A DNA stretch of 64,000 bases. Origin: Eledone cirrhosa (lineage: Eukaryota). Within the stretch, counting starts at the first letter, position 1. Each line of letters begins with the position of its first letter. The translations under genes were made by a program, and so were the position numbers. A model generated the notes under the pieces. The model made no database searches, had not been told where the DNA came from, and saw only the letters and a program-made list of their open reading frames with translations. Below, piece by piece: positions 38,901 through 53,900 of this stretch. Location: the NCBI GenBank assembly GCA_964016885.1, contig OZ024742.1, positions 162,378,001 through 162,442,000 of the forward strand, written 5' to 3'.

Positions 38901-41900
38901 TGAGGTAATGAGTGTGTGTGAGAGGTAATGAGTGTCTGTGTGAGAGAGATGAAGAGTGGCTGTGTGTGTGTGTGTGAGATAATGAGGCTCTCTGTGTGAG
39001 GTAATGAGTGTCTGCCTGAATGAGGTAATGAGTGTCTGTGTGTGTGTGATGTAATGAGTGTCTGTGTGTGAGAGGTAATGAGTGTCTGTGTGTATGTTTA
39101 GGTAATGAGTGTGTGTGAGAGGTAATGAGTGTCTGTGTGTGAGAGGGGATGAGAGTCTGTGTGTGAGAGGTAGTGAGTGTCAGTGTGTGAGAGGTAATGA
39201 GTGTCTGTGTGTGAGAGGTAATTAGTGTCAGTGTGTGAGAGTTAATGAGTGTCAGTGTGTGAGAGGAAATGAAAGTCTGTGTGTGTGAGGTAATGTATGT
39301 ATGTGTGTGTGTGAGAGGTAATGAGTATCTGTGTGTGTGAGCTAATGAGTGTCTGTGTGCGTGAGAGGTAATGGGTGTCTGTGTGAGATAGGTAATGAGT
39401 GTCTGTGTGTGAGAAGTAATGAGTATCTGTGTGTGTGTGAGGTAATGAGTGTCTGTGTGTGAGAGGTAATGAGTGTCTGTGTGTGTGTGAGGTAATGAGT
39501 GTCTGTGTGTGAGAGGTAATGAGTGTCTGTGTGTGAGAGTTAACGAGTGTCTGTGTGTGTGTGAGAGGTAATGAGTGTCTGTGTGTGTGTGAGCTAAAGA
39601 GTGTGTGTGAGAGGTAATGAGTGTCAGTGTGTGTGTGAGGTAATGAGTGTCTGTGTGTGTGAGATTTAAGGAGTGTCTGTGTGAGAGAGGTAATGAGTGT
39701 CTGTGTGTGTGTGAGGTAACGAGTGTCTGTGTGTGTGAGGTAATGAGTGTCTGTGAGTGTGAGAGCTAATGAGTGTCTGTGTGTGTGAGAGGTAATGGGT
39801 GTCTGTGTGTGAGAGGTAATGACTGTTTGTGTGTGTGTGAGAGGTAATGAATTTCTGTGTTAGAGAGGTAATGAGTGCCTGTGTGAGAGAGGTAATGAGT
39901 GTCTGTGTGTGTGAGGTAATGAGTGTCTGTGTGTGTGAGGTAATGAGTGTCTGTGTGTATGAGGTAATGAGTGTCTGTGTGTGTGAGGTAATGAGTGTCT
40001 GTATGTGTGAGAGGTAATGAGTGTTTGTGTTTGTAGGAGGTAATGAGTGTCTGTGTCAGAGAGGTAATGAGTGTATGTGTGAGAGAGGTAATGAGTGTCT
40101 CTGTGTGTGTGAGGTTATGAGTGTTTGTGTGTGAGAGGTAATGAGTGTCTGTGCGTGAAGAGGTAATGAGTGTCTGTGTGCGTGAGAGGTAATGAGTGTC
40201 TGTGAGAGAGGAAAAGAGTGTCTGTGTGTGTATGAGGTAATGAGTGTCTGTGTCAGAGAGGTAATGAGTGTATGTGTGTGAGAGGTAATGAGTGTCTGTG
40301 AGTGTGAGGTAATGAGTGTCTGTGTGTGTGAGAGGTAATGAGTGTCTGTGTGTGTGAGAGGTAATGAGTGTCTGTGTGTGTGAGGTAATGAGTGTCTGTG
40401 AGTGTGAGGTAATGAGTGTCTGTGAGTGTGAGGTTATGAGTGTTTGTGTGTGAGAGGTAATGAGTGTCTGTGAGTGTGAGGTAATGAGTGTCTGTGTGTG
40501 TTAGAGGTAATGAGTGTCTGTGTGTGTGTGAGAGGTAATGAGTGTCTGTGTGTGAGAGGTAATGCGTGTCTGTGTGTGTACGTGAGGTAATGAGTGTCTG
40601 TGTGTGAGAGTTAATAATCCTCTGCTTTTGTGTGAGGTAATGAGTGTCTGTGTGAGAGAGTTAATGAGTGTATGTGTGAGAGAGGTAATGAGTGTCTGTG
40701 TGTGAGAGGATATGAAAGTATGTGTGTGTGAGGTAATGTGTCTGTGTGTGTGTGTGAGAGGTAATGAGTATCTGTATGTGTGTGTGCTAATGAGTGTCAG
40801 TGTGTGAGTGAGGTAATGAGTGTCTGTGTGAGAGAGGTAATGAGTGTGTGTGTGACAGGTAATGAGTGTCTGTGTGAAAGAGGTAATGAGTGTCTGTGTG
40901 TGAGAGGTAATGCGTGTCTGTGTGTATGAGAGGTAATGTGTGTCTGTGTGAGAGAGCTAATGAGTGTCTATGTGTGTGTGTGAGGGTATGAGTGTCTGTG
41001 TTGCTCAAGTAATGAGAGTCTGTGGGTGTGAAAGCCAATGAGTGTCAGTGTGTGTGTGAGGTAAAGAGTGTGTTGTGATAGGTAATGAATGTCTGTGTGT
41101 GAGAGGTAATGACTGTCTGTGTGAAAGAGGTAATCAGTGTCTGTGTGTGTGAGGTAATGAATGTCACACTGTGCGAGGTAATGAGTGTCTGTGTATGTGA
41201 GGTAATGAGTGTCTGTGTGTGTGTGAGGTAATGAGTGTATGTGTGTGTGAGGTAATGAGTCTCTGTGTGTGTGTGAGGTTATGATTGTCTGTCTGAGTGA
41301 GGTAATGAGTGTCTGTGTGTGTGTGATGTAATGAGTGTCTGTGTGTGTGAGAGCTAATGAGTGTCTGTGTGTGAGAGGTAATGAGTGTCTGTGTGTGTGT
41401 GTGAGAGGTAATGAGTATCTGTGTGTGTGTGAGCTAATGAGTTTCTGTGTGTGTGAGAGGTAATGGGTGTCTGTGTGAGATAGGTAATGAGTGTCTGTGT
41501 GTGAGAGGTAATGAGTGTCTGTGTGTGTGTGAGAGGTAATGAGTGTCTGTGTGTGTGTGAGGTAATGAGTGTGTGTGAGAGGTAATGAGTGTCTGTGTGA
41601 GAGAGATAAAGAGTGGCTGTGTGTGTGTGTGTGAGATAATGAGGCTCTCTGTGTGAGGTAATGAGTGTCTGCCTGAATGAGGTAATGAGTGTCTGTGTGT
41701 GTGTGATGTAATGAGTGTCTGTGTGTGTGTGAGGTAATGAGTGTCTGTGTGTGAGAGGTAATGAGTGTCTGTGTGTATGTTTAGGTAATGAGTGTGTGTG
41801 AGAGGTAATGAGTGTCTGTGTGTGAGAGGGAATGAGAGTCTGTGTGTGAGAGGTAATGAGTGTCAGTGTGTGAGAGGAAATGAAAGTCTGTGTGTGAGAG

Positions 41901-44900
41901 TTAATGAGTGTCTGTGTGTGAGAGGAAATGAAAGTCTGTGTGTGTGAGCTAATGAGTGTCTGTGTGCGTGAGAGGTAATGGGTGTCTGTGTGTGAGAGTT
42001 AACGAGTGTCTGTGTGTGTGTGAGAGGTAATGAGTGTCTGTGTGTGTGTGAGCTAAAGAGTGTGTGTGAGAGGTAATGAGTGTCAGTGTGTGTGTGAGGT
42101 AATGAGTGTCTGTGTGTGTGAGATTTAAGGAGTGTCTGTGTGAGAGAGGTAATGAGTGTCTGTGTGTGTGTGACGTAACGAGTGTCTGTGTGTGTGAGGT
42201 AATGAGTGTCTGTGAGTGTGAGAGCTAATGAGTGTCTGTGTGTATGAGAGGTAATGGGTGTCTGTGTGTGAGAGGTAATGACTGTTTGTGTGTGTGTGAG
42301 AGGTAATGAATTTCTGTGTGAGAGAGGTAATGAGTGTCTGTGTGTGTGAGGGAATGAGTGTCTGTGTTTGTGAGAGGTAATGAGTGCCTGTGTGAGTGAG
42401 GTAATGAGTGTCTGTGTGTGTCAGGTAATGAGTGTCTGTGTGTGTGAGGTAATGAGTGTCTGTATGTATGAGGTAATGAGAGTCTGTGTGTGTGAGGTAA
42501 TGAGTGTCTGTATGTGTGAGAGGTAATGAGTGTTTGTGTTTGTAGGAGGTAATGAGTGTCTGTGTCAGAGAGGTAATGAGTGTATGTGTGAGAGAGGTAA
42601 TGAGTGTCTGTGAGTGTGAGGTAATGAGTGTCTGTCTGTGTGAGAGGTAATGAGTGTCTGTGTGTGTGAGAGGTAATGAGTGTCTGTGTGTGTGAGGTAA
42701 TGAGTGTCTGTGAGTGTGAGGTAATGAGTGTCTGTGAGTGTGAGGTTATGAGTGTTTGTGTGTGAGAGGTAATGAGTGTCTGTGAGTGTGAGGTAATGAG
42801 TGTCTGTGTGTGTTAGAGGTAATGAGTGTCTGTGTGTGTGTGAGAGGTAATGAGTGTCTGTGTGTGAGAGGTAATGAGTGTCTGTGTGTGAGAGTTAATA
42901 ATCCTCTGCTTTTGTGTGAGGTAATGAGTGTCTGTGTGAGAGTGTTAATGAGTGTATGTGTGAGAGAGGTAATGAGTGTCTGTGTGTGAGAGGATATGAA
43001 AGTATGTGTGTGTGAGGTAATGTGTCTGTGTGTGTGTGTGAGAGGTAATGAGTGTCTGTGTGAAAGAGGCAATGAGTGTCTGTGTGTGTGAGGTAATGAG
43101 TGTCACGGTGTGCGAGGTAATGAGTGACTGTGTATGAGAGGTAATGAGGGTCTGTGTGTGTGTGATGTAATGAGTGTCTGTGTGTGTGTGAGGTAATGAG
43201 TGTCTGTGTGTGAGAGGTAATGAGTGTCTGTGCGTGAGAGGTAATGAGTGTCTGTGTGTGTGTGAGTGGTAATGAGTGTATGTGAGGTAATGAGTGAGTG
43301 TAAGAGGTAATGAGTATCTGTGTGTCTGAGGTAATGAGTGTCTGTGTGTGTGTGTGAGTTAATGAGTGTCTGTGTTTGTGTGAGGTAATGAGTGTCTGTG
43401 TGCGTGAGAGGTAATGAGTATCTGTGAGTGTGAGGTAATGAGTGTCTGTGTGTGTGAGAGGTAATGAGTGTTTGTGTGTGAGAGGTAATGTGTATCTGTG
43501 TGTGTGTGGTAATGAGTGTCTGTGTGTGTGTGATGTAATGAGTGTCTGTGTGTGTGAGAGGTAATGAGTGTCTGTGTGTGAGAGGTAATGAGTGTCTGTG
43601 CATGAGAGGTAATGAGTGTCTGTGTGCATGAGAGGTAATGAGTGTCTGTGAGTGTGAGGTAATGAGTGTCTGTGTGTGTGTGAGGTAATGAGTGTCTGTG
43701 TGTGAGAGGTAATGAGTGTCTGCGTGTGAGAGTTAACGAGTGTCTGTGTGTGTGTGAGAGGTAATGAGTGTCTGTGTGTGTGTGAGCTAAAGAGTGTGTG
43801 TGAGAGGTAATGAGTGTCAGTGTGTGTGTGAGGTAATGAGTGTCTGTGTATGTGAGGTAATGAGTGTCTGTGTGTGTGTGAGGTAATGAGTGTATGTGTG
43901 TGTGAGATAATGAGTCTCTGTGTGTGTGTGAGGTAATGATTGTCTGTCTGAGTGAGGTAATGAGTGTCTGTGTGTGTGAGAGCTAATGAGTGTCTGTGTG
44001 TGAGAGGTAATGAGTGTCTGTGTGTGTGTGTGAGAGGTAATGAGTATCTGTGTGTGCGTGAGCTAATGAGTTTCTGTGTGTGTGAGAAGTAATGGGTGTC
44101 TGTGTGAGATAGGTAATGAGTGTCTGTGTGTGAGAGGTAATGAGTGTCTGTGTGTGTGTGAGAGGTAATGAGTGTCTGTGTGTGTGTGAGGTAATGAGTG
44201 TGTGTGAGAGGTAATGAGTGTCTGTGTGACAGAGATAAAGAGTGGCTGTGTGTGTGTGTGTGAGATAATGAGGCTCTCTGTGTGAGGTAATGAGTGTCTG
44301 CCTGAATGAGGTAATGAGTGTCTGTGTGTGCGTGATGTAATGAGTGTCTGTGTGTGTGTGAGGTAATGAGTGTCTGTGTGTGAGAGGTAATGAGTGTCTG
44401 TGTGTATGTTTAGGTAATGAGTGTGTGTGAGAGGTAATGAGTGTCTGTGTGTGAGAGGGAATGATAGTCTGTGTGTGAGAGGTAATGAGTGTCAGTGTGT
44501 GAGAGGTAATGAGTGTCTGTGTGTGAGAGGTAATTAGTGTCAGTGTGTGAGAGTTAATGGGTGTCTGTGTGTGAGAAGAAATGAAAGTCTGTGTGTGTGA
44601 GGTAATGTATGTCTGTGTGTGTGTGTGAGAGGTAATGAGTATCTGTGTGTGTGAGCTAATGAGTGTCTGTGTGCGTGAGAGGTAATGGGTGTCTGTGTGA
44701 GATAGGTAATGAGTGTCTGTGTGTGAGAAGTAATGAGTATCTGTGTGTGTGTGAGGTAATGTGTGTCTGTGTGTGAGAGGTAATGAGTGTCTGTGTGTGT
44801 GTGAGGTAATGAGTGTCTGTTTGTGAGAGGTAATGAGTGTCTGTGTGTGAGAGTTAACGAGTGTCTGTGTGAGAGAGTTAATGAGTGTCTGTGTGTGTGT

Positions 44901-47900
44901 GAGGTAACGAGTGTCTGTGTGTGTGAGGTAATGAGTGTCTGTGAGTGTGAGAGCTAATGAGTGTCTGTGTATGTGAGAGGTAATGGGTGTCTGTGTGTGA
45001 GAGGTAATGACTGTTTGTGTGTGTGTGAGAGGTAATGAATTTCTGTGTGAGAGAGGTAATGAGTGTCTGTGTGTGTGAGGGAATGAGTGCCTGTGTTTGT
45101 GAGAGGTAATGAGTGCCTGTGTGAGAGAGGTAATGCGTGTCTGTGTGTATGAGAGGTAATGTGTGTCTGTGTGAGAGAGCTAATGAGTGTCTATGTGTGT
45201 GTGTGAGGGTATGAGTGTCTGTGTTGCTCAGGTAATGAGAGTCTGTGGGTGTGAAAGCCAATGAGTGTCAGTGTGTGTGTGAGGTAAAGAGTGTGTTGTG
45301 ATAGGTAATGACTGTCTGTGTGAAAGAGGTAATCAGTGTCTGTGTGTGTGAGGTAATGAATGTCACACTGTGCGAGGTAATGAGTGTCTGTGTATGTGAG
45401 GTAATGAGTGTCTGTGTGTGTGTGAGGTAATGAGTGTATGTGTGTGTGAGATAATGAGTCTCTGTGTGTGTGTGAGGTTATGATTGTCTGTCTGAGTGAG
45501 GTAATGAGTGTCTGTGTGTGTGTGATGTAATGAGTGTCTGTGTGTGTGAGAGCTAATGAGTGTCTGTGTGTGTGTGAGGTAATGAGTGTCTGTGTGTGTG
45601 TGTGTGAGAGGTAATGAGTATCTGTGTGTGTGTGAGCTAATGAGTTTCTGTGTGTGTGAGAGGTAATGGGTGTCTGTGTGAGATAGGTAATGAGTGTCTG
45701 TGTGTGAGAGGTAATGAGTGTCTGTGTGTGTGTGAGAGGTAATGAGTGTCTGTGTGTGTGTGAGGTAATGAGTGTGTGTGAGAGGTAATGAGTGTCTGTG
45801 TGAGAGAGATAAAGAGTGGCTGTGTGTGTGTGTGTGAGATAATGAGGCTCTCTGTGTGAGGTAATGAGTGTCTGCCTGAATGAGGTAATGAGTGTCTGTG
45901 TGTGTGTGATGTAATGAGTGTCTGTGTGTGTGTGAGGTAATGAGTGTCTGTGTGTGAGAGGTAATGAGTGTCTGTGTGTATGTTTAGGTAATGAGTGTGT
46001 GTGAGAGGTAATGAGTGTCTGTGTGTGAGAGGGAATGAGAGTCTGTGTGTGAGAGGTAATGAGTGTCAGTGTGTTAGAGGTAATTAGTGTCAGTGTGTGA
46101 GAGTTAATGAGTGTCTGTGTGTGAGAGGTAATTAGTGTCAGTGTGTGAGAGTTAATGAGTGTCTGTGTGTGAGAGGAAATGAAAGTCTGTGTGTGTGAGC
46201 TAATGAGTGTCTGTGTGCGTGAGAGGTAATGGGTGTCTGTGTGAGATAGGTAATGAGTGTCTGTGTGTGTGTGATGTAATGAGTGTCTGTGTGTGTGTGA
46301 GGTAATGAGTGTCTGTGTGTGAGAGGTAATGAGTGTCTGTGTGTATGTTTAGGTAATGAGTGTGTGTGAGAGGTAATGAGTGTCTGTGTGTGAGAGGGAA
46401 TGAGAGTCTGTGTGTGAGAGGTAATGAGTGTCAGTGTGTGAGAGGTAATTAGTGTCAGTGTGTGAGAGTTAATGAGTGTCTGTGTGTGAGAGGTAATTAG
46501 TGTCAGTGTGTGAGAGTTAATGAGTGTCTGTGTGTGAGTGGAAATGAAAGTCTGTGTGTGTGAGCTAATGAGTGTCTGTGTGCGTGAGAGGTAATGGGTG
46601 TCTGTGTGAGATAGGTAATGAGTGTCTGTGTGTGTGTGATGTAATGAGTGTCTCTGTGTGTGTGAGGTAATGAGTGTCTGTGTGTGAGAGGTAATGAATG
46701 TCTGTGTGTATGTTTAGGTAATGAGTGTGTGTGAGATGTAATGAGTGTCTGTGTGTGAGAGGGAATGAGAGTCGGTGTGTGAGAGGTAATGAGTGTCAGT
46801 GTGTGAGAGGTAATTAGTGTCAGTGTGTGAGAGTTAATGTGTGTCTGTGTGTGAGAGGTAATTAGTGTCAGTGTGTGAGAGTTAATGAGTGTCTGTGTGT
46901 GAGAGGAAATGAAAGTCTGTGTGTGTGAGCTAATGAGTGTCTGTGTGCGTGAGAGGTAATGGGTGTCTGTGTGAGATAGGTAATGAGTGTCTGTGTGTGA
47001 GAAGTAATGAGTATCTGTGTGTGTGTGAGGTAATGAGTGTCTGTGTGTGAGAGGTAATGAGTGTCTGTGTGTGTGTGATGTAATGAGTGTCTGTGTGTGA
47101 GAGTTAACGAGTGTCTGTGTGTGTGTGAGAAGTAATGATTTGTCTGTGTGTGTGTGAGCTAAAGAGTGTGTGTGAGAGGTAATGAGTGTCAGTGTGTGTG
47201 TGAGGTAATGAGTGTCTGTGTGTGTGAGATTTAAGGAGTGTCTGTGTGAGAGAGGTAATGAGTGTCTGTGTGTGTGTGAGGTAACGAGTGTCTGTGTGTG
47301 TGAGGTAATGAGTGTCTGTGAGTGTGAGAGCTAATGAGTGTCTGTGTGTATGAGAGGTAATGGGTGTCTGTGTGTGAGAGGTAATGACTGTTTGTGTGTG
47401 TGTGAGAGGTAATGAATTTCTGTGTGAGAGAGGTAATGAGTGTCTGTGTGTGTGAGGGAATGAGTGTCTGTGTTTGTGAGAGGTAATGAGTGCCTGTGTG
47501 AGTGAGGTAATGAGTGTCTGTGTGTGTGAGGTAATGAGTGTCTGTGTGTGTGAGGTAATGAGTGTCTGTGTGTATGAGGTAATGAGAGTCTGTGTGTGTG
47601 AGGTAATGAGTGTCTGTATGTGTGAGAGGTAATGAGTGTTTGTGTTTGTAGGAGGTAATGAGTGTCTGTGTCAGAGAGGTAATGAGTGTATGTGTGAGAG
47701 AGGTAATGAGTGTCTGTGTGTGTGTGAGGTTATGAGTGTTTGTGTGTGAGAGGTAATGAGTGTCTGTGTGCGTGAGAGCTAATGGGTGTCTGTGTGTGAG
47801 AGTTAACGAGTGTCTGTGTGTGTGTGAGAGGTAATGAGTGTCTGTGTGTGTGTGAGCTAAAGAGTGTGTGTGAGAGGTAATGAGTGTCAGTGTGTGTGTG

Positions 47901-50900
47901 AGGTAATGAGTGTCTGTGTGTGTGAGATTTAAGGAGTGTCTGTGTGAGAGAGGTAATGAGTGTCTGTGTGTGTGTGAGGTAACGAGTGTCTGTGTGTGTG
48001 AGAGCTAATGAGTGTCTGTGTGTGTGTGAGGTAATGAGTGTCTGTGTGTGTGTGTGAGAGGTAATGAGTATCTGTGTGTGTGTGAGCTAATGAGTTTCTG
48101 TGTGTGTGAGAGGTAATGGGTGTCTGTGTGAGATAGGTAATGAGTGTCTGTGTGTGAGAGGTAATGAGTGTCTGTGTGTGTGTGAGAGGTAATGAGTGTC
48201 TGTGTGTGTGTGAGGTAATGAGTGTGTGTGAGAGGTAATGAGTGTCTGTGTGAGAGAGATAAAGAGTGGCTGTGTGTGTGTGTGTGAGATAATGAGGCTC
48301 TCTGTGTGAGGTAATGAGTGTCTGCCTGAATGAGGTAATGAGTGTCTGTGTGTGTGTGATGTAATGAGTGTCTGTGTGTGTGTGAGGTAATGAGTGTCTG
48401 TGTGTGAGAGGTAATGAGTGTCTGTTTGTATGTTTAGGTAATGAGTGTGTGTGAGAGGTAATGAGTGTCTGTGTGTGAGAGGGAATGAGAGTCTGTGTGT
48501 GAGAGGTAATGAGTGTCAGTGTGTTAGAGGTAATTAGTGTCAGTGTGTGAGAGTTAATGAGTGTCTGTGTGTGAGAGGTAATTAGTGTCAGTGTGTGAGA
48601 GTTAATGAGTGTCTGTGTGTGAGAGGAAATGAAAGTCTGTGTGTGTGAGCTAATGAGTGTCTGTGTGCGTGAGAGGTAATGGGTGTCTGTGTGAGATAGG
48701 TAATGAGTGTCTGTGTGTGTGTGATGTAATGAGTGTCTGTGTGTGTGTGAGGTAATGAGTGTCTGTGTGTGAGAGGTAATGAGTGTCTGTGTGTATGTTT
48801 AGGTAATGAGTGTGTGTGAGAAGTAATGATTGTCTGTGTGTGAGAGGGAATGAGAGTCTGTGTGTGAGAGGTAATGAGTGTCAGTGTGTGAGAGGTAATT
48901 AGTGTCAGTGTGTGAGAGTTAATGAGTGTCTGTGTGTGAGAGGTAATTAGTGTCAGTGTGTGAGAGTTAATGAGTGTCTGTGTGTGAGTGGAAATGAAAG
49001 TCTGTGTGTGTGAGCTAATGAGTGTCTGTGTGCGTGAGAGGTAATGGGTGTCTGTGTGAGATAGGTAATGAGTGTCTGTGTATATGAGGTAATGAGTGTC
49101 TGTGTGTGTGTGAGGTAATGAGTGTATGTGTGTGTGAGATAATGAGTGTCTGTGTGCGTGAGAGGTAATGGGTGTCTGTGTGAGATAGGTAATGAGTGTC
49201 TGTGTGTGAGAAGTAATGAGTGTATGTGTGTGTGTGAGAGGTAATGAGTGTCTGTGTGAGAGAGTTAATGAGTGTATGTGTGAGAGAGGTAATGAGTGTC
49301 TGTGTGTGAGAGGATATGAAAGTCTGTGTGTGTGAGGTAATGTGTGTCTGTGTGTGTGTGTGAGAGGTAAGGAGTATATGTGTGTGTGTCTGCTAATGAG
49401 TGTCAGTGTGTGTGTGAGGTAATGAGTGTCTGTGTGTGTGAGGCAATGACTGTCTGTGTGAAAGAGGTAATGAGTGTCTGTGTGTGTGAGGTAATGAGTG
49501 TCACAGTGTGCGAGGCAATGAGTGACTGTGTATGTGAGGTAATGAGTGTCTGTGTGTGTGTGATGTAATGAGTGTCTGTGTGCGTGAGAGGTAATGAGTG
49601 GCTGTGTGTGTGTAAGTGGTAATGAGTGTATGTGTGTGTGTGAGGTACTGAGTGAGTGTAAGAGGTAGTGAGTATCTGTGTGTGTGAGGTAATGAGTGTC
49701 CGTGTGTGTGTTTGAGTTAATGAGTGTCTGTGTTTGTGTGAGGTAACGAGTCTCTGTGTGCGTGAGAGGTAATGAGTGTCTGTGAGAGAGAGATAATATG
49801 TGTCTGTGTGTGTGTGAGGTTATGAGTATCTGTGTGTTTGAGGTAATGAGTGTCTGTGTGTGTGAGAGGTAATGAGTGTTTGTGTGTGAGAGGTAATGAG
49901 TGTCTGTGTGTGTGAGGTAATGAGTGTCTGTGTTAGAGAGGTAATGAGTGTATATGTGAGAGCTAATGAGTGTCTTGTGTCTGAGAGGTAATGAGTATCT
50001 GTATGTGAGAGGCAAAGAGTGTATGTGAGTGTGTGAGAGGTAATGAGTGTCTGTGTGTGTATGTGGTAAAGAGTGTCTGTGGCTGAGAGGTAATGAGTGT
50101 CTGTGTGAGAGAGGTAATGATTGTCTGTATGAGAGGTAATGAGTGTCTGTGTGTGGTTGTGGTAATGAGTGTCTATGGGTGTCTGAGAGGTAATGGGTGT
50201 CTGTGTGTGAGAGGTAATGTGTGTCTGTGTGTATGAGAGGTAATGTGTGTCTGTGTGAGAGAGCTAATGAGTGTCTATGTGTGTGTGTGAGGGTATGAGT
50301 GTCTGTGTTGCTCAGGTAATGAGAGTCTGTGGGTGTGAAAGCCAATGAGTGTCAGTGTGTGTGTGAGGTAAAGAGTGTGTTGTGATAGGTAATGAATGTC
50401 TGTGTGTGAGAGGTAATGACTGTCTGTGTGAAAGAGGTAATCAGTGTCTGTGTGTGTGAGGTAATGAGTGTCACACTGTGCGAGGTAATGAGTGTCTGTG
50501 TATGTGAGGTAATGAGTGTCTGTGTGTGTGTGAGGTAATGAGTGTATGTGTGTGTGAGATAATGAGTCTCTGTGTGTGTGTGAGGTAATGATTGTCTGTC
50601 TGAGTGAGGTAATGAGTGTCTGTGTGTGTGTGATGTAATGAGTGTCTGTGTGTGTGAGAGCTAATGAGTGTCTGTGTGTGAGAGGTAATGAGTGTCTGTG
50701 TGTGTGTGTGAGAGGTAATGAGTATCTGTGTGTGTGTGAGCTAATGAGTTTCTGTGTGTGTGTGAGGTAATGAGTGTGTGTGAGAGGTAATGAGTGTCTG
50801 TGTGAGAGAGATGAAGAGTGGCTGTGTGTGTGTGTGTGAGATAATGAGGCTCTCTGTGTGAGGTAATGAGTGTCTGCCTGAATGAGGTAATGAGTGTCTG

Positions 50901-53900
50901 TGTGTGTGTGATGTAATGAGTGTCTGTGTGTGAGAGGTAATGAGTGTCTGTGTGTATGTTTAGGTAATGAGTGTGTGTGAGAGGTAATGAGTGTCTGTGT
51001 GTGAGAGGTAATTAGTGTCAGTGTGTGAGAGTTAATGAGTGTCAGTGTGTGAGAGGAAATGAAAGTCTGTGTGTGTGAGGTAATGTATGTATGTGTGTGT
51101 GTGAGAGGTAATGAGTATCTGTGTGTGTGAGCTAATGAGTGTCTGTGTGCGTGAGAGGTAATGGGTGTCTGTGTGAGATAGGTAATGAGTGTCTGTGTGT
51201 GAGAAGTAATGAGTATCTGTGTGTGTGTGAGGTAATGAGTGTCTGTGTGTGAGAGGTAATGAGTGTCTGTGTGTGTGTGAGGTAATGAGTGTCTGTGTGT
51301 GAGAGGTAATGAGTGTCTGTGTGTGAGAGTTAACGAGTGTCTGTGTGTGTGTGAGAGGTAATGAGTGTCTGTGTGTGTGTGAGCTAAAGAGTGTGTGTGA
51401 GAGGTAATGAGTGTCAGTGTGTGTGTGAGGTAATGAGTGTCTGTGTGTGTGAGATTTAAGGAGTGTCTGTGTGAGAGAGGTAATGAGTGTCTGTGTGTGT
51501 GTGAGGTAACGAGTGTCTGTGTGTGTGAGGTAATGAGTGTCTGTGAGTGTGAGAGCTAATGAGTGTCTGTGTGTGTGAGAGGTAATGGGTGTCTGTGTGT
51601 GAGAGGTAATGACTGTTTGTGTGTGTGTGAGAGGTAATGAATTTCTGTGTTAGAGAGGTAATGAGTGCCTGTGTGAGAGAGGTAATGAGTGTCTGTGTGT
51701 GTGAGGTAATGAGTGTCTGTGTGTGTGAGGTAATGAGTGTCTGTGTGTATGAGGTAATGAGTGTCTGTGTGTGTGAGGTAATGAGTGTCTGTATGTGTGA
51801 GAGGTAATGAGTGTTTGTGTTTGTAGGAGGTAATGAGTGTCTGTGTCAGAGAGGTAATGAGTGTATGTGTGAGAGAGGTAATGAGTGTCTCTGTGTGTGT
51901 GAGGTTATGAGTGTTTGTGTGTGAGAGGTAATGAGTGTCTGTGCGTGAAGAGGTAATGAGTGTCTGTGTGCGTGAGAGGTAATGAGTGTCTGTGAGAGAG
52001 GAAAAGAGTGTCTGTGTGTGTATGAGGTAATGAGTGTCTGTGTCAGAGAGGTAATGAGTGTATGTGTGTGAGAGGTAATGAGTGTCTGTGAGTGTGAGGT
52101 AATGAGTGTCTGTGTGTGTGAGAGGTAATGAGTGTCTGTGTGTGTGAGAGGTAATGAGTGTCTGTGTGTGTGAGGTAATGAGTGTCTGTGAGTGTGAGGT
52201 AATGAGTGTCTGTGAGTGTGAGGTTATGAGTGTTTGTGTGTGAGAGGTAATGAGTGTATGTGAGTGTGAGGTAATGAGTGTCTGTGTGTGTTAGAGGTAA
52301 TGAGTGTCTGTGTGTGTGTGAGAGGTAATGAGTGTCTGTGTGTGAGAGGTAATGCGTGTCTGTGTGTGTATGTGAGGTAATGAGTGTCTGTGTGTGAGAG
52401 TTAATAATCCTCTGCTTTTGTGTGAGGTAATGAGTGTCTGTGTGAGAGAGTTAATGAGTGTATGTGTGAGAGAGGTAATGAGTGTCTGTGTGTGAGAGGA
52501 TATGAAAGTATGTGTGTGTGAGGTAATGTGTCTGTGTGTGTGTGTGAGAGGTAATGAGTATCTGTATGTGTGTGTGCTAATGAGTGTCAGTGTGTGAGTG
52601 AGGTAATGAGTGTCTGTGTGAGAGAGGTAATGAGTGTGTGTGTGACAGGTAATGAGTGTCTGTGTGAAAGAGGTAATGAGTGTCTGTGTGTGAGAGGTAA
52701 TGCGTGTCTGTGTGTATGAGAGGTAATGTGTGTCTGTGTGAGAGAGCTAATGAGTGTCTATGTGTGTGTGTGAGGGTATGAGTGTCTGTGTTGCTCAAGT
52801 AATGAGAGTCTGTGGGTGTGAAAGCCAATGAGTGTCAGTGTGTGTGTGAGGTAAAGAGTGTGTTGTGATAGGTAATGAATGTCTGTGTGTGAGAGGTAAT
52901 GACTGTCTGTGTGAAAGAGGTAATCAGTGTCTGTGTGTGTGAGGTAATGAATGTCACACTGTGCGAGGTAATGAGTGTCTGTGTATGTGAGGTAATGAGT
53001 GTCTGTGTGTGTGTGAGGTAATGAGTGTATGTGTGTGTGAGGTAATGAGTCTCTGTGTGTGTGTGAGGTTATGATTGTCTGTCTGAGTGAGGTAATGAGT
53101 GTCTGTGTGTGTGTGATGTAATGAGTGTCTGTGTGTGTGAGAGCTAATGAGTGTCTGTGTGTGAGAGGTAATGAGTGTCTGTGTGTGTGTGTGAGAGGTA
53201 ATGAGTATCTGTGTGTGTGTGAGCTAATGAGTTTCTGTGTGTGTGAGAGGTAATGGGTGTCTGTGTGAGATAGGTAATGAGTGTCTGTGTGTGAGAGGTA
53301 ATGAGTGTCTGTGTGTGTGTGAGAGGTAATGAGTGTCTGTGTGTGTGTGAGGTAATGAGTGTGTGTGAGAGGTAATGAGTGTCTGTGTGAGAGAGATAAA
53401 GAGTGGCTGTGTGTGTGTGTGTGAGATAATGAGGCTCTCTGTGTGAGGTAATGAGTGTCTGCCTGAATGAGGTAATGAGTGTCTGTGTGTGTGTGATGTA
53501 ATGAGTGTCTGTGTGTGTGTGAGGTAATGAGTGTCTGTGTGTGAGAGGTAATGAGTGTCTGTGTGTATGTTTAGGTAATGAGTGTGTGTGAGAGGTAATG
53601 AGTGTCTGTGTGTGAGAGGGAATGAGAGTCTGTGTGTGAGAGGTAATGAGTGTCTGTGTGTGAGAGGTAATTAGTGTCAGTGTGTGAGAGTTAATGAGTG
53701 TCTGTGTGTGAGAGGAAATGAAAGTCTGTGTGTGTGAGCTAATGAGTGTCTGTGTGCGTAAGAGGTAATGGGTGTCTGTGTGAGATAGGTAATGAGTGTC
53801 TGTGTGTGTGTGATGTAATGAGTGTCTGTGTGTGTGTGAGGTAATGAGTGTCTGTGTGTGAGAGGTAATGAGTGTCTGTGTGTATGTTTAGGTAATGAGT